Shown: positions 1 through 11,392, counted from the stretch's first letter. The stretch is DNA of 64,000 nt from an uncultured archaeon (GCA_964534625.1 CAZHRF010000005.1:41973-105972), one strand, 5' to 3'. Program-made: numbers and translations. Notes: generated from the sequence alone by a model not told the origin.

Positions 1-611
1 TTAATAGCAAACAGTTTAGATCTGTTAGATTCTACACTAATATTAATGGTGAAGAAAAACAATATGGTTACGATTATACCCGCGATGAGGACGGTAAAGA
101 AGAATACAAAGAAATTGGCGACCCACAATCTTTCGATTTACAAGGAGAGATTAGAGATCGTATAATGAACTTTGATAAACAATTTAATGACTCTTCATTT
201 ACTAACCCATTCGAAAAAATTGTGCAAGCATTTCCTAACATGAATGAATTATTTGGAATGCTGCAAGGTTCAAGAGATGTACCAGTATTAGAACACCCTA
301 AAAAAGAGACCAGTGGGATTGAACAATCCGATGTTCCTTATGATATTCAAATTGATGAAAACAACAAGGAAATGTTTGTTATTGTTGAACTCCCCGGTTT
401 CAAAAAGAAAGACCTTCAACTCACACTAAATACCAAAGGATTGAGGATTAAAGGTTCTAATATGAAAAAGGATGTAGATACATTAATTCCTTTGAACTAT
501 AATATAGATAAAGAAAAAGTAAAAGCAACCATGAAACATGGTATTTTAGAGGTGAAAATCCAGTATAAAGGAAAGATTTCAGACAATGGTTCTGAAATTC
601 CTATAAACTAG
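1..611 (+). CDS. hsp20: Small heat shock protein Hsp20 (5'-partial; frame is open from the window start)
   Basis: Alpha-crystallin domain (VIVELPGFKK...ATMKHGILEV). The same frame has no stop from position 3 (NSKQFRSVRFYTNING...YGYDYTRDEDGK), so the true start probably lies before the window rather than at 165. Confidence 0.85.
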   Translation, partial: NSKQFRSVRFYTNINGEEKQYGYDYTRDEDGKEEYKEIGDPQSFDLQGEIRDRIMNFDKQFNDSSFTNPFEKIVQAFPNMNELFGMLQGSRDVPVLEHPKKETSGIEQSDVPYDIQIDENNKEMFVIVELPGFKKKDLQLTLNTKGLRIKGSNMKKDVDTLIPLNYNIDKEKVKATMKHGILEVKIQYKGKISDNGSEIPIN

Positions 612-662
612 GAATAGTTCTTTCCTTTATTTTAATTTTATTTTTTAGTTAGGTGAATTATT

Positions 663-2888
663 ATGAGTGATAAAAATATTAAACAAAAAATACTTAGAGT
701 TAAAGAAGCATTACAACGAGATGTTGGAAGGGGAATTGTACGATTATCCCAAGACATTGCCGATGAATTAAATATCGGTACAGGCGACGTTGTAGAAATT
801 GAAGCTCAAAAAAAGACATACGCTAGAGCTTGGAGGGGTATTCCCGAAGATTTTGGGAGACAGGTTATACGTCTTGATCGTATGATAAGAACTAATGCAG
901 GGGTTGGTTTAGATGATAAAGTTACTGTCAGTAAAGCTGAAGCAAAATCAGCACGTAAAATAGTTTTTGCGTTCACTGAGAGGGCACAAGTCCGTGGTAT
1001 TGAACCATGGCTCAAAAAAACATTAGAAGATCGTGTTCTTACAGTTGGAGACATTATTCCCATATCTGTTGGTATGGGACGTCGGCTCTATATTGGTGTT
1101 GCATCTTTCACTCCTGCTTCAGATGCAGTAATTTTAACTAATGAAACCAATATTCAAATTAGCGACAAACCGCTTGAAGCCATACAAACTCTTGATGCTC
1201 AACGAATAAGTTACGAAGACATTGGTGGACTACATGAAGAGATTCAAAAAGTTAGAGAAATGATTGAACTTCCCATGCGTCATCCTGAACTTTTCAAGCG
1301 TTTAGGTATTGAACCACCAAAAGGAGTACTTCTCTATGGACCACCAGGAACAGGTAAGACTTTACTTGCCAAAGCTGTTGCAAGTGAAACAGAAGCTAGT
1401 TTTTACAATTTATCGGGTCCTGAAATCATGAGTAAATTCTACGGAGAATCAGAGCAGAAACTTAGGGATTTATTCAAAGAAGCACAACAAAATGCACCTT
1501 CTATTATCTTTATCGACGAGATAGATTCAATTGCACCCAAACGAGAACAAGTTACTGGAGAAGTCGAACGAAGAGTTGTAGCACAACTTTTGGCTTTAAT
1601 GGATGGGCTTGAATCACGTGGTCAAGTAATAGTTATAGGAGCAACTAATAGACAAAATGCTATTGATCCGGCATTAAGACGCCCAGGACGTTTTGATCGA
1701 GAGATAGAAATTGGTATTCCTGATCGTAGTGGAAGATATGAAATTTTACTCATTCACACTCGTGGTATGCCTTTAACTGATGATGTTAATCTGGATAAAC
1801 TTGCTGATAGAACTCATGGCTTTGTTGGTGCAGATTTGGCTTCACTTGTGAAAGAATCAGCCATGCAAGCATTACGTAGAGTTCTTCCAGAAATAAGTTT
1901 AGAAGATGAACAGATACCCATGGAGATATTGGAAAAAATAGATGTCATCAATGACGACTTTTCTGAAGCTCTTAAAAACATTGAACCTTCAGCTCTGAGA
2001 GAGGTATTTGTTGAAGTGCCTAATATCAGATGGGAAGATGTTGGAGGTTTGGATGAGATCAAGAATGAAATGCGTAGAGTTGTTGAATGGCCATTAAAGT
2101 ACGGTGAGTTATATCGAACAATGAAAGCTGAATCTCCAAAAGGAATTTTACTTTATGGACCACCAGGTACAGGTAAAACACTCATTGCTAAAGCAGTAGC
2201 CAACGAATCGGAATCAAACTTCATCAGCATTAAAGGTCCTGAAGTCTTATCAAAATGGGTAGGAGAGAGTGAAAGAGCTATTCGTGAAATCTTTAGAAAA
2301 GCTCGGCAGGCTTCACCTTGTGTGATATTCCTTGACGAAATCGACTCAATAACACCCATTAGAGGCCGACAGACAGACTCTGGAGCAACAGAAAGAGTCA
2401 TTAGTCAATTACTAACCGAGATAGATGGACTTGAAGAACTACGCGGTGTGACAGTTATAGCAGCCACTAACAGGCCAGATATGGTTGATCCTGCACTATT
2501 GAGACCAGGTAGATTTGATAGATTAGTTAGAGTAACTGAACCAGACTTCAAGGCAAGGAATGAAATATTTAAGATACATCTTCGTGATGTTCCTCTTGCT
2601 GAAGATGTCAATATAGAAGACCTTTCCAGAGAAACCGAAGGTTTCAGTGGTGCAGACATTGCTTCTATCTGTAGCGAAGCAAAACTCATTGCAATTAAGA
2701 ATTATGTACTAAAACACGAGTCTGAACTTGAAGAAGGAAAGGGTTTGAAAGAGGGTTTTGATCTTAAGATAACAAAAGAAATTTTAAACGAAGCGCTAGA
2801 TCAAACAAAACCCACCAAGGAGCGTTCAGTAGCTGTAGGAAAAGACTTGAGAAAAGAGGAAGATAAGAAGGATATGGGATTCATTTAA
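663..2888 (+). CDS. cdc48: Cdc48/VAT/p97 AAA+ ATPase
   Basis: Double-psi N-domain, two AAA modules (GPPGTGKT twice, [26 protein letters not shown]); SD GGTGA upstream. Confidence 0.97.
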   Translation: MSDKNIKQKILRVKEALQRDVGRGIVRLSQDIADELNIGTGDVVEIEAQKKTYARAWRGIPEDFGRQVIRLDRMIRTNAGVGLDDKVTVSKAEAKSARKIVFAFTERAQVRGIEPWLKKTLEDRVLTVGDIIPISVGMGRRLYIGVASFTPASDAVILTNETNIQISDKPLEAIQTLDAQRISYEDIGGLHEEIQKVREMIELPMRHPELFKRLGIEPPKGVLLYGPPGTGKTLLAKAVASETEASFYNLSGPEIMSKFYGESEQKLRDLFKEAQQNAPSIIFIDEIDSIAPKREQVTGEVERRVVAQLLALMDGLESRGQVIVIGATNRQNAIDPALRRPGRFDREIEIGIPDRSGRYEILLIHTRGMPLTDDVNLDKLADRTHGFVGADLASLVKESAMQALRRVLPEISLEDEQIPMEILEKIDVINDDFSEALKNIEPSALREVFVEVPNIRWEDVGGLDEIKNEMRRVVEWPLKYGELYRTMKAESPKGILLYGPPGTGKTLIAKAVANESESNFISIKGPEVLSKWVGESERAIREIFRKARQASPCVIFLDEIDSITPIRGRQTDSGATERVISQLLTEIDGLEELRGVTVIAATNRPDMVDPALLRPGRFDRLVRVTEPDFKARNEIFKIHLRDVPLAEDVNIEDLSRETEGFSGADIASICSEAKLIAIKNYVLKHESELEEGKGLKEGFDLKITKEILNEALDQTKPTKERSVAVGKDLRKEEDKKDMGFI

Positions 2889-2925
2889 TCTCCCATCCAC
2901 TTCTTTTGAAGCGAGGAAAATATAA

Positions 2926-3681
2926 ATGAATACGACGAAGGAGAATGAAACCAATATGAATAACAATAATGAGAAAAATTTGGATGCAGATGCTTTACTC
3001 GATATACTCGCCAACAACACTAGACGTAAGATACTCCAACTCTTGGCTGCAGAAGAACTATATCCTTTTCAGATTTCAAGAATTTTAGATATCTCTCCTA
3101 GGATAATTGGTAAATATATAAACGAACTGGAATCACTTGGTTTAGTAAACACTTTTGAACGTGCAAGTTCAAAAGGTCCAGCAAGAAAATATGCTAAATT
3201 AAACAAATCTTTTTCATTAATCATAGATATTGGTTCGAATAATTTTCAATGGAAAGTCATCAAAGTTGGTGAGCCAGTAGATAGTCAGAGAGATCTAATG
3301 GAAAAACAACCAGAGATTACAGACAAAATTAGAGAAGAAATTTATTTATTAAAAAATCAGATAACAGAGAAAGCCAAAAAGATCCGTTCAATTGAAGAAA
3401 AACGGAAGGAATTAATAGAGGAAATCAACGAATGTTTTAGCTACATTAATGAAATCATTGATAATACAATACTAAATTATCAAGAGCGTACTATAGTTCG
3501 AACTTTATTAAAAGAAATCATTCGTAACGAACAGCAAGAATGGATACCATTATCACAATTAGCTGAAACCTTACGTATGTGGCGAGGAGAACTTAAAGAA
3601 AGGTTGCTTACAATAGCTGAAACAACGAAATTCATCAAAATGAAGAAACATAAATCAGGAGAACTTTTGGTTTCTATCTAA
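2926..3681 (+). CDS. ArsR-type wHTH regulator with coiled coil (HSR1/Phr-like heat-shock regulator, COG1777)
   Basis: LANNTRRKILQLL HTH and GPARKY wing, coiled coil; clustered with hsp20 and cdc48 like Archaeoglobus HSR1. Confidence 0.75.
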   Translation: MNTTKENETNMNNNNEKNLDADALLDILANNTRRKILQLLAAEELYPFQISRILDISPRIIGKYINELESLGLVNTFERASSKGPARKYAKLNKSFSLIIDIGSNNFQWKVIKVGEPVDSQRDLMEKQPEITDKIREEIYLLKNQITEKAKKIRSIEEKRKELIEEINECFSYINEIIDNTILNYQERTIVRTLLKEIIRNEQQEWIPLSQLAETLRMWRGELKERLLTIAETTKFIKMKKHKSGELLVSI

Positions 3682-3711
3682 TCTTTTATATTATCACTTT
3701 TTTCCTTTTTT

Positions 3712-5064
3712 TTGATGACCTTGAGTTCATGGGATACAATATTACATATTGGATTTGATGACACAGACTCGTTGGAAGGTCAATGTACAACATACTTGGC
3801 AACTCTCATTATAGAAGAGATTGCAGATATGGTTATTTTTTTGGACTATCCAAAATTAATACGGAATAACCCTAATATTCCTTGGAAAACAAGAGGGAAT
3901 GCAGCAATTAGTTTAAAATTAGGCGTAAAACAAAATCATATACAAAAGATAATAGAAATTTCCAAACAGAAAATACTTAAAAACCATAAGACAGGACCAA
4001 ATACTAATCCAGGATTAGTATATTTTACTGGAGATATCCCCGATGCTGTCAAGGTATTTAGTAAAAAGACTCTTGTCAAACTTGTGAGTATCTCGGAAGC
4101 TGATTATTTATGTAATAAATACAACATAAAATATTTTACGATTGGAAATGGGAGAGGCATAATAGGTGCCTTATCAGCTATTGGTAATACGCTTAATCCA
4201 AAATATGAAGACTTTACTTATGAAATTTTAACATACAGAATCCCTCAATATCGAGGATCTCAAAGAAATGTAGTTGAAACATCAATAAAAAAAATGGATA
4301 AACTATTGTCCCCTAAAGTTTTCAATAATATAGATGAATATAGTGGAAAAAGTATTATTGCTCCTGCAGGGAAAGATCCCGTATTATATGGGGTTAGGGG
4401 AGAAACACCAAATATATTGTTACATGCTTTAAACATGGTCAAAGTCAAAGAACCTATAGAGAGGTATTGTATTTTTCGAACAAATCAAGGTACAGATCAA
4501 CATTTCAAATATGCCAATACAGAACTTAAAAATTATAATGTTTTCAAAGGGAATGTCACTATTAATTCAAAGGGGAATATAATTGAAGGAGGACATGTTT
4601 TCTTAATTGGAATAACGAACAGTAATAAGCGGATAATAGATCTTTCTGCATTTGAACCCACAAAAGATTTTCGTAAGCCACTATTACATCTCATAAAGGG
4701 AGACAAAATTGAAGCTTATGGTGGCGTTAAGTATATAGAAGATAAAAACCGATATGCGGTACAATTAGAGAAATGTATCATATTATCACTTGTTGATAAA
4801 TATAAAGAGAAAGCACCAATATGCCCAAAATGCCAAAAACGCATGACAAGCAATGGATATAAAAAAGGATATAAATGTCGAAAATGTGGATATAAAGATC
4901 GGAATTTATCAAAAGAGAGAATAAAATTACAAAGAAAAGACAACACAGGTCTCTACATACCCCCAGCAGGAGCACAAAGACATTTAGTTAAACCCCATAG
5001 AAGATATAGCTTACCTCAAAAAAATGAAATTAAATTAATTAAAAATTGGTGGAAAATATATTAA
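3712..5064 (+). CDS. tiaS: tRNA(Ile2) agmatinylcytidine synthetase
   Basis: IGFDDTDS..G.CTT, NPNIPWKTRGN, TNQGTDQH, GGHV OB fold, C-terminal Zn ribbon. Confidence 0.95.
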   Translation: MMTLSSWDTILHIGFDDTDSLEGQCTTYLATLIIEEIADMVIFLDYPKLIRNNPNIPWKTRGNAAISLKLGVKQNHIQKIIEISKQKILKNHKTGPNTNPGLVYFTGDIPDAVKVFSKKTLVKLVSISEADYLCNKYNIKYFTIGNGRGIIGALSAIGNTLNPKYEDFTYEILTYRIPQYRGSQRNVVETSIKKMDKLLSPKVFNNIDEYSGKSIIAPAGKDPVLYGVRGETPNILLHALNMVKVKEPIERYCIFRTNQGTDQHFKYANTELKNYNVFKGNVTINSKGNIIEGGHVFLIGITNSNKRIIDLSAFEPTKDFRKPLLHLIKGDKIEAYGGVKYIEDKNRYAVQLEKCIILSLVDKYKEKAPICPKCQKRMTSNGYKKGYKCRKCGYKDRNLSKERIKLQRKDNTGLYIPPAGAQRHLVKPHRRYSLPQKNEIKLIKNWWKIY

Positions 5065-5093
5065 AAGAATAGGGATAGAAGATTGTTTTATCT

Positions 5094-6902
5094 TTACATT
5101 CCCCAATATGGCCAGACGTGCTCTCTTTTTATTTTGATCAATTCATCTAAAACCTCAAGTTGATCCATGCTAAGACTATTTTTATGTTCTTTTGATAATA
5201 ATTTTGCATGATTGGAAGGTATATCAACATATAATACATCTCCTTCATGTATTTGTCTTCCTACTGTTGGTCCTTGAATTGAGATGGCGATTTGTCTTCC
5301 TTTTTTGGCTTCATCTAAAGTCTCATTCTGATCTTGTATTTGTCTAATATACCCTACCCTTCTATTATTCTCAGTAACTAATCTAACCCCAGGTTTAATA
5401 CTACCAGCTAACACTTCTATTCCAACAACAGCTGGTTTTGATTTTCTAAAGGTATGATGGGGTAATAGTTCTAATTTTCCAGGCATAGTTATATCTTTCA
5501 TGGATTCAACTTTTGCTGCCGCTTCCATATCTAATTTCCATCGCTCATATTCTTCAATTAGATTATAGATCACATTACCTTCAAACACCTTAATCCCATT
5601 TACTATAATTTCTTCTTTAGCATCAGGTAAAATATCCACATTAAATGCTAAAATTGCTCCTAGTTCTGGAGCTTTTTCAGCAACCACTGTTGCATCAATA
5701 ACATCTTTTTTTGTTACTTCACCCACATCAGCTTTTTGGATTGGTATATTTTTAGCTCTTAACATATCAACAATTGCTTCCAACGTTCCTAATGTATCTA
5801 CTTTAACAGTGACCCCATTAGATTTTGTTTCAATTCTGAATTGTTGTAATTCTTCAGAGACTAAATCCAGTGTTTCTTGTTCTTTTCCTTCTGGAGCAAC
5901 ACGAACGGGAGCCCCCGAGAGTGAATCATCCAAACCAGGAGCACTAATTTTTACACCAGCTGACGCAAATACTGAATCTACAGGTTTAAAACGGTCTCTT
6001 GGATCACGGATTTCATCTAAGTCTTTAGGTTGGAGTAGTGCGCGTATTTTAACTAATTGAGGTTTGTCTCTACCCCCGACAACAATTTTATCTGTTTTCT
6101 TTATGACACCATCATATAAAATTACATCAATAGTTGTACCAAGACCAGGTGTTTCTTTTACTTCTAATACAGTTCCCGAACCAGGACCCACACTATATTC
6201 AAGCTTCTCCATCATGTACTGTTGTGTTAAGCCAGCCAGAACTAAAAAGAGATCTGCGATACCTTCTCCTGTTTCAGCACTTGTAGGTATAATTGCAATG
6301 TTTTTCCTGAAATCTTTAACCTTGTCATATCGAAATGCCTCCATACGCAATTCTGATAGTTCGCCCATTATTTCATAGATTCTGTTATCCATATCTGCTC
6401 TTGCTTTGGATATCTGCTTCGAATAACTTTCGATAAATGTGGCATTTTGTTGTGGTTTCCACGCAGAAATACGATCTATTTTATTTGCTGCTATAATGAA
6501 TGGCACTTTTCGAGCCCTTAAAATATCCATAGATTCATAAGTTTGGGCTTGGAATCCACGTGTCACATCTACTACTAAAATTGCAATATCAGCGACAGAT
6601 GCACCCCGTTTTCTAAGATTAGTGAAAACTTGATGACCAGGTGTATCTACAATCAATATCCCCGGCAGATTTAACTTAATTTTAGATGTTTTCATCAAAT
6701 CTCCACAAACTTTTTGTATCGTCTCGGTAGGGAAAAAACTGGCGCCTACATGTTGAGTAATTCCTGCTGCTTCACGTAATTGTACTACCGTGCCACGTAC
6801 TTTATCTAGTAAGCTTGTCTTACCCGAATCTACATGCCCTAAAATGACAGCTATTGGGCTTCGAATTCTTTTCCCCGTTTTTTCATCAACTACTTTTGAC
6901 AT
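5094..6902 (-). CDS. infB: Translation initiation factor aIF5B (IF2)
   Basis: RSPI..ILGHVDSGKT, GITQHVGA, DTPGH, NKID. Confidence 0.97.
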   Translation of the reverse strand: MSKVVDEKTGKRIRSPIAVILGHVDSGKTSLLDKVRGTVVQLREAAGITQHVGASFFPTETIQKVCGDLMKTSKIKLNLPGILIVDTPGHQVFTNLRKRGASVADIAILVVDVTRGFQAQTYESMDILRARKVPFIIAANKIDRISAWKPQQNATFIESYSKQISKARADMDNRIYEIMGELSELRMEAFRYDKVKDFRKNIAIIPTSAETGEGIADLFLVLAGLTQQYMMEKLEYSVGPGSGTVLEVKETPGLGTTIDVILYDGVIKKTDKIVVGGRDKPQLVKIRALLQPKDLDEIRDPRDRFKPVDSVFASAGVKISAPGLDDSLSGAPVRVAPEGKEQETLDLVSEELQQFRIETKSNGVTVKVDTLGTLEAIVDMLRAKNIPIQKADVGEVTKKDVIDATVVAEKAPELGAILAFNVDILPDAKEEIIVNGIKVFEGNVIYNLIEEYERWKLDMEAAAKVESMKDITMPGKLELLPHHTFRKSKPAVVGIEVLAGSIKPGVRLVTENNRRVGYIRQIQDQNETLDEAKKGRQIAISIQGPTVGRQIHEGDVLYVDIPSNHAKLLSKEHKNSLSMDQLEVLDELIKIKREHVWPYWGM

Positions 6903-7038
6903 ATCGATACCTACTTTTCAATGAAGAAATAAAGTGAACATAAGGAATGTTTTCTTTGCCTTCATACAATAAAGCTAAAATCCATAATAAAAATAAATTG
7001 GTTACAAACAAATAATACTAAAAATAAAAAAGATGAAA

Positions 7039-7488
7039 TTACCCATATATCCACTTTTCATCTACTCTGACATAATCAATTAATTCATCTTTTGTAAAAT
7101 AAATAGCTGCTTCTTTTTTAGCATTTTCAGGCGAATCTGCAGCATGTATGATATTTTTTCCTATTTCCAAAGCATAATCTCCTCGAATTGTGCCAGGCAA
7201 CGCATTTATTGGATTTGTACTACCTATAAGTTTTCTAGTGATCTTTACAGATTCCTTACCTTTAACTATCATTGCCACGACTGCTCCTGAAGTAATATAT
7301 TCCAGAAGTCCCTCATAAAATGATTTTCCTTTGTGCACAGCATAATGCTGTTTCGCTTGTTCTTTTGTTACTTTTAACAATTTCATCGCAATTATCTTAA
7401 GGCCCACTTCTTCAAGTCTAGAAATGATCTCGCCTACTAAATTCCTTTGCACTCCGTCTGGTTTAATCATAATAAATTCTTCTTGCAT
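7039..7488 (-). CDS. ndk: Nucleoside diphosphate kinase
   Basis: IKPDGVQR, PGTIRGDY, NIIHAADS; ATG at 7488 follows an SD GGTGA. Confidence 0.95.
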   Translation of the reverse strand: MQEEFIMIKPDGVQRNLVGEIISRLEEVGLKIIAMKLLKVTKEQAKQHYAVHKGKSFYEGLLEYITSGAVVAMIVKGKESVKITRKLIGSTNPINALPGTIRGDYALEIGKNIIHAADSPENAKKEAAIYFTKDELIDYVRVDEKWIYG

Positions 7489-7689
7489 ATATATCACCTT
7501 TTGAAACCAAAAAGAATATGTATATTAAAAATTGATTGGTTCTTGAAAAGTTGGTAATTCCAAAAAAACCTGTTTTTAATGACTATTTAAGTCGCAAAAA
7601 CTGTCAAATTCTTTATGAAAATATCACCAAGTTCATCAACATAAAAATAATTAGATAAAAAGAAAAGTTAAAAGAAAAGTTAAATTAAG

Positions 7690-7878
7690 TTAGAGAATCT
7701 TTTTCTCGTATTTCTTTGTCCATTTGAGCTTTTTGGGATCACTTTTATGCTTTAGTGATTTTGTTTGGCATTTAGCGCTACAGAAAAATAAGACCGAACC
7801 AGTTTTTTGTACATACATCATACCAAAACCTGGCTGAACCTCTTTACCACAATATGAACATTCATTTGTTTTAGGCAT
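7690..7878 (-). CDS. rpl24e: Ribosomal protein eL24
   Basis: CSYCG..V.PG.G.MYV...G.V.FFCS.KC and KLKWT. Confidence 0.95.
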   Translation of the reverse strand: MPKTNECSYCGKEVQPGFGMMYVQKTGSVLFFCSAKCQTKSLKHKSDPKKLKWTKKYEKKIL

Positions 7879-7891
7879 TTTTTATCATCTC

Positions 7892-8113
7892 TTATCTTTT
7901 TCTGATTTTACGGGCTTCGCGCTCTGTTTCCCTTAGCATCAATATGTCCCCTTTTCTAACGGGTCCTTTAAGGTTTCGTGTAATAATACGATTTTTGTCC
8001 CGCCCTTCAAGAATTTTTACACGTGCTTGACAAACCTCACCAACACTTCCTGTTCTTGCTAGAACTTGTATAACTTCAGCGGGGGTTCCTTGATCATCAT
8101 TTTGAGCGCTCAT
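7892..8113 (-). CDS. rps28e: Ribosomal protein eS28
   Basis: [30 protein letters not shown]. Confidence 0.96.
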   Translation of the reverse strand: MSAQNDDQGTPAEVIQVLARTGSVGEVCQARVKILEGRDKNRIITRNLKGPVRKGDILMLRETEREARKIRKR

Positions 8114-8123
8114 TTTTTACACC

Positions 8124-8489
8124 TTATTTTTTGAGTTCATTGACTTTCTTTGTCAGACCTTCTAGGGCATTTTTTGCTTCTCCTGCGTCAACAATAGCTA
8201 CTGAAGAAGCGCCCACAGAAAGATTTGCGGATTTACCTAGGTCATCTCTGGTGGCCACATACGTATAAGGAATCTTTTTCTCTTCACACAACAATGGTAG
8301 ATGCATGACTATTTCGGGGGGAGAAACATCCTCTGCTATGAACACCATTTGTGCATTTTGTCTTTCAATAGACTTTGTAACTTCATTAGTACCCTTTCGT
8401 ATTTTACCACTTTTTGATGCTGACTCTAGAATATTCAAAGATTCAGCTACAATTTCTGGACTTAAATCAAATTTTTTATACATTGCCAT
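8124..8489 (-). CDS. rpl7ae: Ribosomal protein eL8/L7Ae
   Basis: GKIRKGTNEVTKSIER, IAEDVSPPEIV.HLP. Confidence 0.96.
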   Translation of the reverse strand: MAMYKKFDLSPEIVAESLNILESASKSGKIRKGTNEVTKSIERQNAQMVFIAEDVSPPEIVMHLPLLCEEKKIPYTYVATRDDLGKSANLSVGASSVAIVDAGEAKNALEGLTKKVNELKK

Positions 8490-8497
8490 TTTATATC

Positions 8498-8551
8498 ACC
8501 TCTGATATAATGCAACTCAAGTAAGTGGAATTGATTATATCTTCATTAGGT
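8498..8551 (-). promoter_or_regulatory. K-turn hairpin in the rpl7ae 5' UTR overlapping the SD (probable L7Ae autoregulatory site)
   Basis: Minus strand ACC-UAAU-GA-A-GAUAUAAU...AUUAUAUC-A-GA-GGU: tandem G.A pairs, 8-bp perfect stem, capped by CAAUUC/GAGUUG; the 3' side is the SD GAGGUGA. Confidence 0.7.
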
Positions 8552-8591
8552 CATTTAGTTAAGGAACAAAAATAGAAGTGGTTTAAAAGAG

Positions 8592-9395
8592 TTAGGATTC
8601 GGTACACGATTGAATTAGTGTACAGATTGTTTCTTTACCTTCATTAATGCTCTTAATTCGCTTTGAAATCCTTCCATTTAATATATAAATTTTATCTACA
8701 AAATTTATCATTTCTTTTATTTGTTGTAATTTTCCAATCATTTGTCCTGTAACATCTACTTTCTTTGTTTCTCCAGTATTTTCTGGTTTCCAACCCATTA
8801 TTTCCTCTTTATTCATTAGAGGTATAACGTCGAGAGTTCCTTCTTTAGTTTTTCTTAAAATCCCATCAACATCCGTTAGAAAGAGCACACGATTAACACT
8901 TAGATTTTTTGCTAACTCGCCTATAAGTTTATCACCACTTAAAATGGTAAAATGTTTTTTTTCATCAAAACTAACATCACCAGATAATACTGGAACCAGG
9001 TTTAGATTTAAAGCATGTTTTATCGCACTAAGATTGCAGGTTATGCTCTGTTCGATATCATTTGTCACACATATGGCACTTGTTTGAAATCCCATACCTC
9101 TTATATCTAGTTTTCTCATCATTTTTATGATTATGTTAGTTAAATCATTCATGTCTTGTCTTATTTGCAATAACCCGTCTATTTGGCCCTCGTTTTTATA
9201 ACCATACTTGATTGAATAACGTTCAGCTAGGATATGTCCATACGAACCTGCACCATGTATCAATATATAGGGATTTTTCCACTCTTTTAATACTTTTAAA
9301 AGATCTATGAGACTTTTTTCATTCAGTTTTTTGTATGTGGTTTTATCTGTTATAACAGAACCACCTATTTTTATTATATCAATTCCTTGTTTCAT
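8592..9395 (-). CDS. ipk: Isopentenyl phosphate kinase
   Basis: KIGGSVITDK, HGAGSYGH, SGD, DVTGQM.GK; adjacent to mvk. Confidence 0.9.
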   Translation of the reverse strand: MKQGIDIIKIGGSVITDKTTYKKLNEKSLIDLLKVLKEWKNPYILIHGAGSYGHILAERYSIKYGYKNEGQIDGLLQIRQDMNDLTNIIIKMMRKLDIRGMGFQTSAICVTNDIEQSITCNLSAIKHALNLNLVPVLSGDVSFDEKKHFTILSGDKLIGELAKNLSVNRVLFLTDVDGILRKTKEGTLDVIPLMNKEEIMGWKPENTGETKKVDVTGQMIGKLQQIKEMINFVDKIYILNGRISKRIKSINEGKETICTLIQSCTES

Positions 9396-10347
9396 TTTTT
9401 AACCCCACGGTTGATACTTTAGTGATAAATGCATCAAAACTTTTGTTATTTAATCGATTTACTGTTTGTTTTGCAGTGTCTTGATCATCAAAAAGTCCTA
9501 TAAGACAGCCACCACCACCAGCTCCAGTTAATTTATAACCTAAAGTCTCATTTTCATTAAGTTCTGTGACAATATGATCCAATTTTTCATGTCCTACACC
9601 CAATTTATTTAGTAAAACATGATTTTGTTTCATTAGATTACCTAGTTGCTCTAAATCCCCCCGTATTAAACTCTTTTCTCCTTGTTTGGTTATTATGGAT
9701 ATTTTTTTGAAGATCTCCTCAACTGCTTTTGTTTTTCTTTCATAAAATGTTCTTACTTTATTTACCATTTCGATAGTCCTTCTTGGTACTTTAGTATCAA
9801 TAACAACCACATATGCTTTATCCAGATTAACATTTAGACGCTCAATTTCTCCTTGTTCAAATCTTATTCCCCCGCCATAAGTTGCCAAAGTATTATCAAT
9901 ACCAGATGGAGTTCCATGGTGAATTTTTTCTATTTCATAGGCAAGATTATTGATGGCTTTTTGTGTCAACTTTCTTCCATTATACTCTGAAATTGTTTTT
10001 AAAAAAGATACTGCTACTGCTGCACTTGAACCTAGTCCAGCTCCAACAGGTAATGATGATCGTATGCTAATCTCTACAAAACTACTTAAATCACCTAAAA
10101 CTTGCTTTTCCCTATTCATTATCGCCACCAATGAATAAAAAGGATTTGCTGGTTCTATTTTACTTCCTATTTGGAAGTATGTGTCTCCGTACAAATTTGG
10201 TGATTTAATATATATCCCTTTTTTATTGGTTTCTTTAATTTCTGTTCTAACTCTTCTATTAATTGCAATAGCTATAGCTGGATAACCATAGACTACAGCG
10301 TGTTCTCCAAAAAGAATGATTTTTCCAGGTGCAGAATAAGATATCAA
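9379..10347 (-). CDS. mvk: Mevalonate kinase
   Basis: SAPGKIILFGEHAVVYG, PVGAGLGSSAA, HGTPSGID, KLTGAGGGG. Confidence 0.95.
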   Translation of the reverse strand: MISYSAPGKIILFGEHAVVYGYPAIAIAINRRVRTEIKETNKKGIYIKSPNLYGDTYFQIGSKIEPANPFYSLVAIMNREKQVLGDLSSFVEISIRSSLPVGAGLGSSAAVAVSFLKTISEYNGRKLTQKAINNLAYEIEKIHHGTPSGIDNTLATYGGGIRFEQGEIERLNVNLDKAYVVVIDTKVPRRTIEMVNKVRTFYERKTKAVEEIFKKISIITKQGEKSLIRGDLEQLGNLMKQNHVLLNKLGVGHEKLDHIVTELNENETLGYKLTGAGGGGCLIGLFDDQDTAKQTVNRLNNKSFDAFITKVSTVGLKNETRN

Positions 10348-10413
10348 CTATATCTCCATAATTATAGAAAAAAAGTTCAGATAATAATCTTTTGCAAGAG
10401 TATTATTAATGTT

Positions 10414-11058
10414 TTAATCGTCTCTTAGTAGTTTAAAGGCGAAATCATCTGGTGTTGCTTGAAATTCTTCTGTTTCTCCCAGTTCTCCTCTTTCTCTTAA
10501 TATCTCTCTTGTTAAGAGGTAATATAGCATTGCTAATGATTTTCTACCTTTATTATTAACGGGTATAACAAAATCTACATTAGATTTAATATTATCAGTA
10601 TCACACAGAGCCACCACAGAAACTCCTTTTGTCTTTGCTTCGGTTAATGCTTGTTTATCTGCTCTTGGATCAGTTAATACAGCTACTTTCGGTTCTATAT
10701 AACCTGAATATGCTGGATTACTCAGTGTTCCAGGTATAAATCGTCCGGGAAATACTTTAAAACCGCAGAAACGAGCCATCTTTGTTGCAGGAACGCTTGC
10801 ATATTGACGTGTTGCAAATATTGCTACTTGGGATGGATCAAAACGAGCTAAAAACTTTGCTGCAATCCTTATTCTCTCATCTGTATTATTAACATCCAAA
10901 ACATAAATTCCGTCTTGTCGTACTCTATACGTGTGTTTTTTCATACTTTTCGTACATACTAAAGTACCAATATGGATACCACTAAAAAGATACTCTTCGC
11001 GTTGGACTAGTAATAAAGCTTCTTCTCCTTCTTGAGTTTCAATTTCTTCTTCAGACAT
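10414..11058 (-). CDS. rps2: Ribosomal protein uS2
   Basis: GIHIGT, GRFIPGTLSNP, DPRADKQA, IPVNNKGRKSL. Confidence 0.96.
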   Translation of the reverse strand: MSEEEIETQEGEEALLLVQREEYLFSGIHIGTLVCTKSMKKHTYRVRQDGIYVLDVNNTDERIRIAAKFLARFDPSQVAIFATRQYASVPATKMARFCGFKVFPGRFIPGTLSNPAYSGYIEPKVAVLTDPRADKQALTEAKTKGVSVVALCDTDNIKSNVDFVIPVNNKGRKSLAMLYYLLTREILRERGELGETEEFQATPDDFAFKLLRDD

Positions 11059-11135
11059 ATTCTAAGCCTCTTTTTCTGCGCAGTGAGTTTTTCTTTATTT
11101 TTAATAAAAACTTTCTGTTCAGTTACAAGTGTTTA

Positions 11136-11336
11136 TTATGAAAATGATAATATCTCATCAACTAGGTCAATATGAGAGATTAACATTCGTCGGCAACACC
11201 AACGTTTGATACTGAGATCATCTAAAACAGCTTTTGGGTCTTCACCGTTATTAGTTCTTTCTTGAAAGTCATCCCATTTATCAGCAATTAATTTACCACA
11301 TGTGAAACATCTAATCGGGATTTGAATAATTACCAC
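11136..11336 (-). CDS. rpoN: RNA polymerase subunit Rpo10 (N)
   Basis: PIRCFTCGK...RWCCRRM. Confidence 0.95.
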   Translation of the reverse strand: MVIIQIPIRCFTCGKLIADKWDDFQERTNNGEDPKAVLDDLSIKRWCCRRMLISHIDLVDEILSFS

Positions 11337-11392
11337 CTAATCAAACACTCATGAAACATAATTTAACTATTATGGTCGCTGTTTTTTTCAAA

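Noticed and set aside
806-2689. Antisense ORFs within cdc48 (and similar ones in infB, ggt, tfb and others)
   Set aside because: Fully overlap well-supported genes on the opposite strand
2860-2888. Cdc48 C-terminus MGFI as an HbYX proteasome-gating motif
   Set aside because: Penultimate Phe rather than Tyr and no hydrophobic residue before it; cannot be called from sequence alone
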